In this document: one piece after another, positions 59,330-64,000 of the stretch
How positions within the stretch are numbered: position 1 is the first letter of the stretch
Layout: each line of letters starts with the position of its first letter
Origin: Eledone cirrhosa
Taxonomy: Eukaryota
Assembly (NCBI GenBank): GCA_964016885.1
Contig: OZ024742.1
Location: 148,738,001-148,802,000 of the forward strand
DNA: 64,000 bases
Reading direction: 5' to 3'
Translations under genes and position numbers: made by a program
Notes under the pieces: model-generated
Told to the model about the DNA's origin: nothing
What the model saw: the letters and a program-made list of their open reading frames with translations, nothing else
The model's database searches: none

Positions 59330-59801
59330 ATGAATGAAAAATAAAAACGAGGGTAAAGTGAGAAACAAAGAATGCAAAATATGTCAAAATATGGATGTAA
59401 AGGGGGGAAAGAATAGATAACGGAAAGAATATATAGGAAGAGAAGGAAAGAAAAACAAAGAAAAATGTAGAAACTAAGGAATAACGAAGGCGAAAGAAAG
59501 AAATATTAGAGAAAGGAAAAGAAAGACAATATATAAAATGAATGTATTTTTATATAACTTTACTTCTTCTTATATTTTAGATTAATGTATCTTGTGGGGC
59601 CACCATGAACGGGGAATTAAAGAGGAGTGGGAAAGAGATGGCTGAAGAGAAGGGCTGGAGAAGGAGGAGGAGGAGGAGGAGTAGAATAGGGTTGATAATA
59701 GGAATAAGATGATGATGATGATGATGATTGTGATAGAAGTGTGTAATGGACTGTAAAAACAACATAAGCCATAATTCGTTTGTAATAAGAAAAAAAGAAA
59801 C

Positions 59802-59910
<109 letters not shown>

Positions 59911-59936
59911 TGTGTTTTTCCTTTTTTCTTTGCTGG

Positions 59937-59980
<44 letters not shown>

Positions 59981-60580
59981 AGCAATTGTTATTGTGTCTG
60001 ACTTAGAAACGATAGCAAACGTTTAAATAAATGTAATGTAATATTCAGAGTTTTTCTATCGATCGCAAGTTATATGATTATTTGGAGTGAGATTGGCAGA
60101 ACGCTGTAGAGCAAGGTAAAGAAGGGCAAACCACATAACAAGTGAAAATCGCAATGGAATTTTAATTTCAATCCATTGCTAACTAAAGCTCTTTCACTTA
60201 AAACCTTTTGGAAAGTTATGGACCACTCAAATCACATGCGTATTCTTTAAAGGGCAGTACACTCGAGTAATAGATTAAATACACATGAGAAAGTTTCACA
60301 TATCCCTTAGCTAAATCTTCCTCAAATCGTATTCCAAAGTCTGTAACTATAACGCCTATTGATAACAAATGTCCACGTTTCAAATACTACGCTCTCATGG
60401 GAAGAAAATGATATTATTGAAAGCTTGAACGAGGTGTAAAGATTCTTTGCGTTTATACAATATCTTTTACATGTGAGCAATATCTGGTGACTGTTGCAGA
60501 ATCTTTTAGCCTAGACAAAAACAGCGTGGAAACCCACTGTGTATATATATATATATACAAATACACACGCACACACACAC

Positions 60581-60643
<63 letters not shown>

Positions 60644-60761
60644 CACACACACACACACCCACACGCACTTACATACAAACATACATCCATACATAAACAC
60701 ACAAGCTAAAATCGTTTGGCGCCTTGATTGGGATTTTACATCTCTCTCTCCTCTCTCTCTC

Positions 60762-60845
<84 letters not shown>

Positions 60846-62142
60846 AATGTTGCACACAACAAAAATGAAGCAAGTGAGAGGAACAAAGGTATCTACCATA
60901 ATCGTCAGCCAGACCTTGGCCTAAGAATAAAATTGCATAGCATTATGCCCAGGATGCACGATTGCTTGAACAAATCGCCAAAGAAATGTGTATGAGACAA
61001 CAGATCGTAGAGTCAAGAAACAACGTAATGTCTTTCGATTAGAACAGACTCAGGATACGGAGCTGACAAATTGTCTAAATGTGACGTAGAAACAAGGAAA
61101 ATACAAATAGACTTTCTTCAAAAAGTCATAAGTCTTCTCGATGAGAGATATCTATATAATAATTTCAAGCATAAACACAAATTTGGGGAAAGAACTACTG
61201 ATACCAGTAGTTGATTAGCTACATCTTGTTTTTGTTGTTGCTGTTCTTCTTCTTCTTGCTGTTGTTTAGACTTCACATCAAACATGGTGAAGCAAACCTA
61301 TTTTCAAAGGGATTCTAGTTCTGACCAGACCATCTCTTTAGGTTCATCTAGGACTACATTATCTAATGTGCAATTTCGTTAAAATGGTCGGATATGATTT
61401 GAAGGAGAATTCGCTGCTACGTCTAGTTGGCAGAGTGATCGCTTACAGGCTCCCTTGTCGTCTCACGATCGATTCAGTTGATTATACCACTGTCCACTTC
61501 AAAACATAATATGTAATCAATAAGAAATCAATATTTTACTCCTAAATAAATAGCTTAATCGATAGCTTCACAGATAAAGCAGCATTGAACAAAATACGTA
61601 ACATAAGAGTGAAAATAATGTATAAAAACAGAAAAACAAATTATTTTTAAAATGGCACCTACTACATAATGGAAAATTAAGAAAATAAACAGGCACAAAA
61701 ATAGTTTGTAGAAATAGCAAGGAAATTTTGTAGGGCAACAAATGTTTCTTTAAAACAGCAGACAAGAAATAAAATCGTGCTTGCAAGCTTTTATAAAACC
61801 AATCATAGATATTAAATGAATTTTTGCTTTTCTCCTATTCAAGCATCTTATTTGGTATTCTAGAATATGGAAAGTACTGAAAGTAATGCTATTGGTAATT
61901 ATTATGGTTGAATACATGAATACGTGTATATATGGCTGGAAATATTGGCAGACGACATAAATGGCTGCACTCCATAGATTTGTGAGTATGTTTGTTTGAG
62001 TGTGAATTTGTATATGTATGTTTGTATGAGTGTGTGTGTGTGTGTATGTATATAAGAGTGAATGCGTGTGTCTGCATGTGTATGTATGCATGCATGTATG
62101 CATATATATGTGCGTACATATATATGCATGTATTATGGATAT

Positions 62143-62220
<78 letters not shown>

Positions 62221-62224
<4 letters not shown>

Positions 62225-62415
62225 GTTATTCCGGGTTGAATCGGAGGTAACCACAGTAAGTAAGGTACTCAATACATAGCAGAGTATAAAAGTTTTAATA
62301 TAGATGAGATTCTACAGGACTAGAACTGTTTCATTCATTAGAAATCATCAGGAAAAAGCTGATGATTTCTAATGAATGAAACAGTTCTAGTCCTGTAGAA
62401 TCTCATCTATATTAA

Positions 62416-62419
<4 letters not shown>
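62221..62419. mobile_element. Fold-back HHR element (perfect arms 62291-62351 / 62359-62419) plus tail
   Basis: Two HHR cores back to back across a 7-nt loop, with (TA)n on both sides. Confidence 0.88.
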
Positions 62420-62480
<61 letters not shown>

Positions 62481-62874
62481 TGTATCTATGTATGTACAGA
62501 TGGATGGAAAGATAGACTGATATGTGTGTGTATGTACGTAAACATAAATCTGTGGATGCATGTGTATGTCAGTGTGTGTGGGGGGGGGGGGGTAACAAAC
62601 TGAAAACTCCTCGGATTTCCGAGAAGAAATTGTGTGACCTCCAAGCAAAATAAGCGATTATACATATTGGATAACACAGTTATATATTGTCTGGAGAAAA
62701 TTAGAGAACGTGACAACAGTAAAGCAATTGACCATAGGTCTGGTCGGTCAGACTTGGGGCTCAATAACAACAAGCCAGCATACACTTCATTTGAAATGTG
62801 CAGCCTTGTATTAATACAAGAAATTCTTGCGTATACTTATACACACCATTTGTGTGCGTGCGGGCGATTATATG

Positions 62875-64000
<1,126 letters not shown>

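Overview
Repeat-saturated, AT-rich metazoan DNA. The SINE families and microsatellite load suggest a coleoid cephalopod (Octopus-like); this is inference. Most ORF-track calls are translations of (TA)n, (CA)n, (GATA)n or CT repeats and are spurious. Five real components: (1) four phase-compatible + strand exons (8574-8674, 21239-21407, 35737-35837, 40802-40930) of a signal-peptide, Cys-containing host protein, three of them absent from the ORF track; (2) two head-to-tail clusters of Tx1-type LINEs sitting in (GATA)n; (3) R4/Dong-type RLE retrotransposons and a non-coding partner element sitting in (CATA)n; (4) many Penelope-like element (PLE) pieces next to (TA)n, most with type I hammerhead ribozyme (HHR) motifs, fold-back inversions and a shared tail hairpin, including three circularly permuted ~470-535 bp one-ribozyme units; (5) tRNA-derived SINEs, RTE fragments, an Hsmar2-like mariner derivative, a non-autonomous Helitron and a 40-bp minisatellite. 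Coordinates were read by eye and element edges may be off by a few bases. Family assignments rest on recalled motifs, not database searches.
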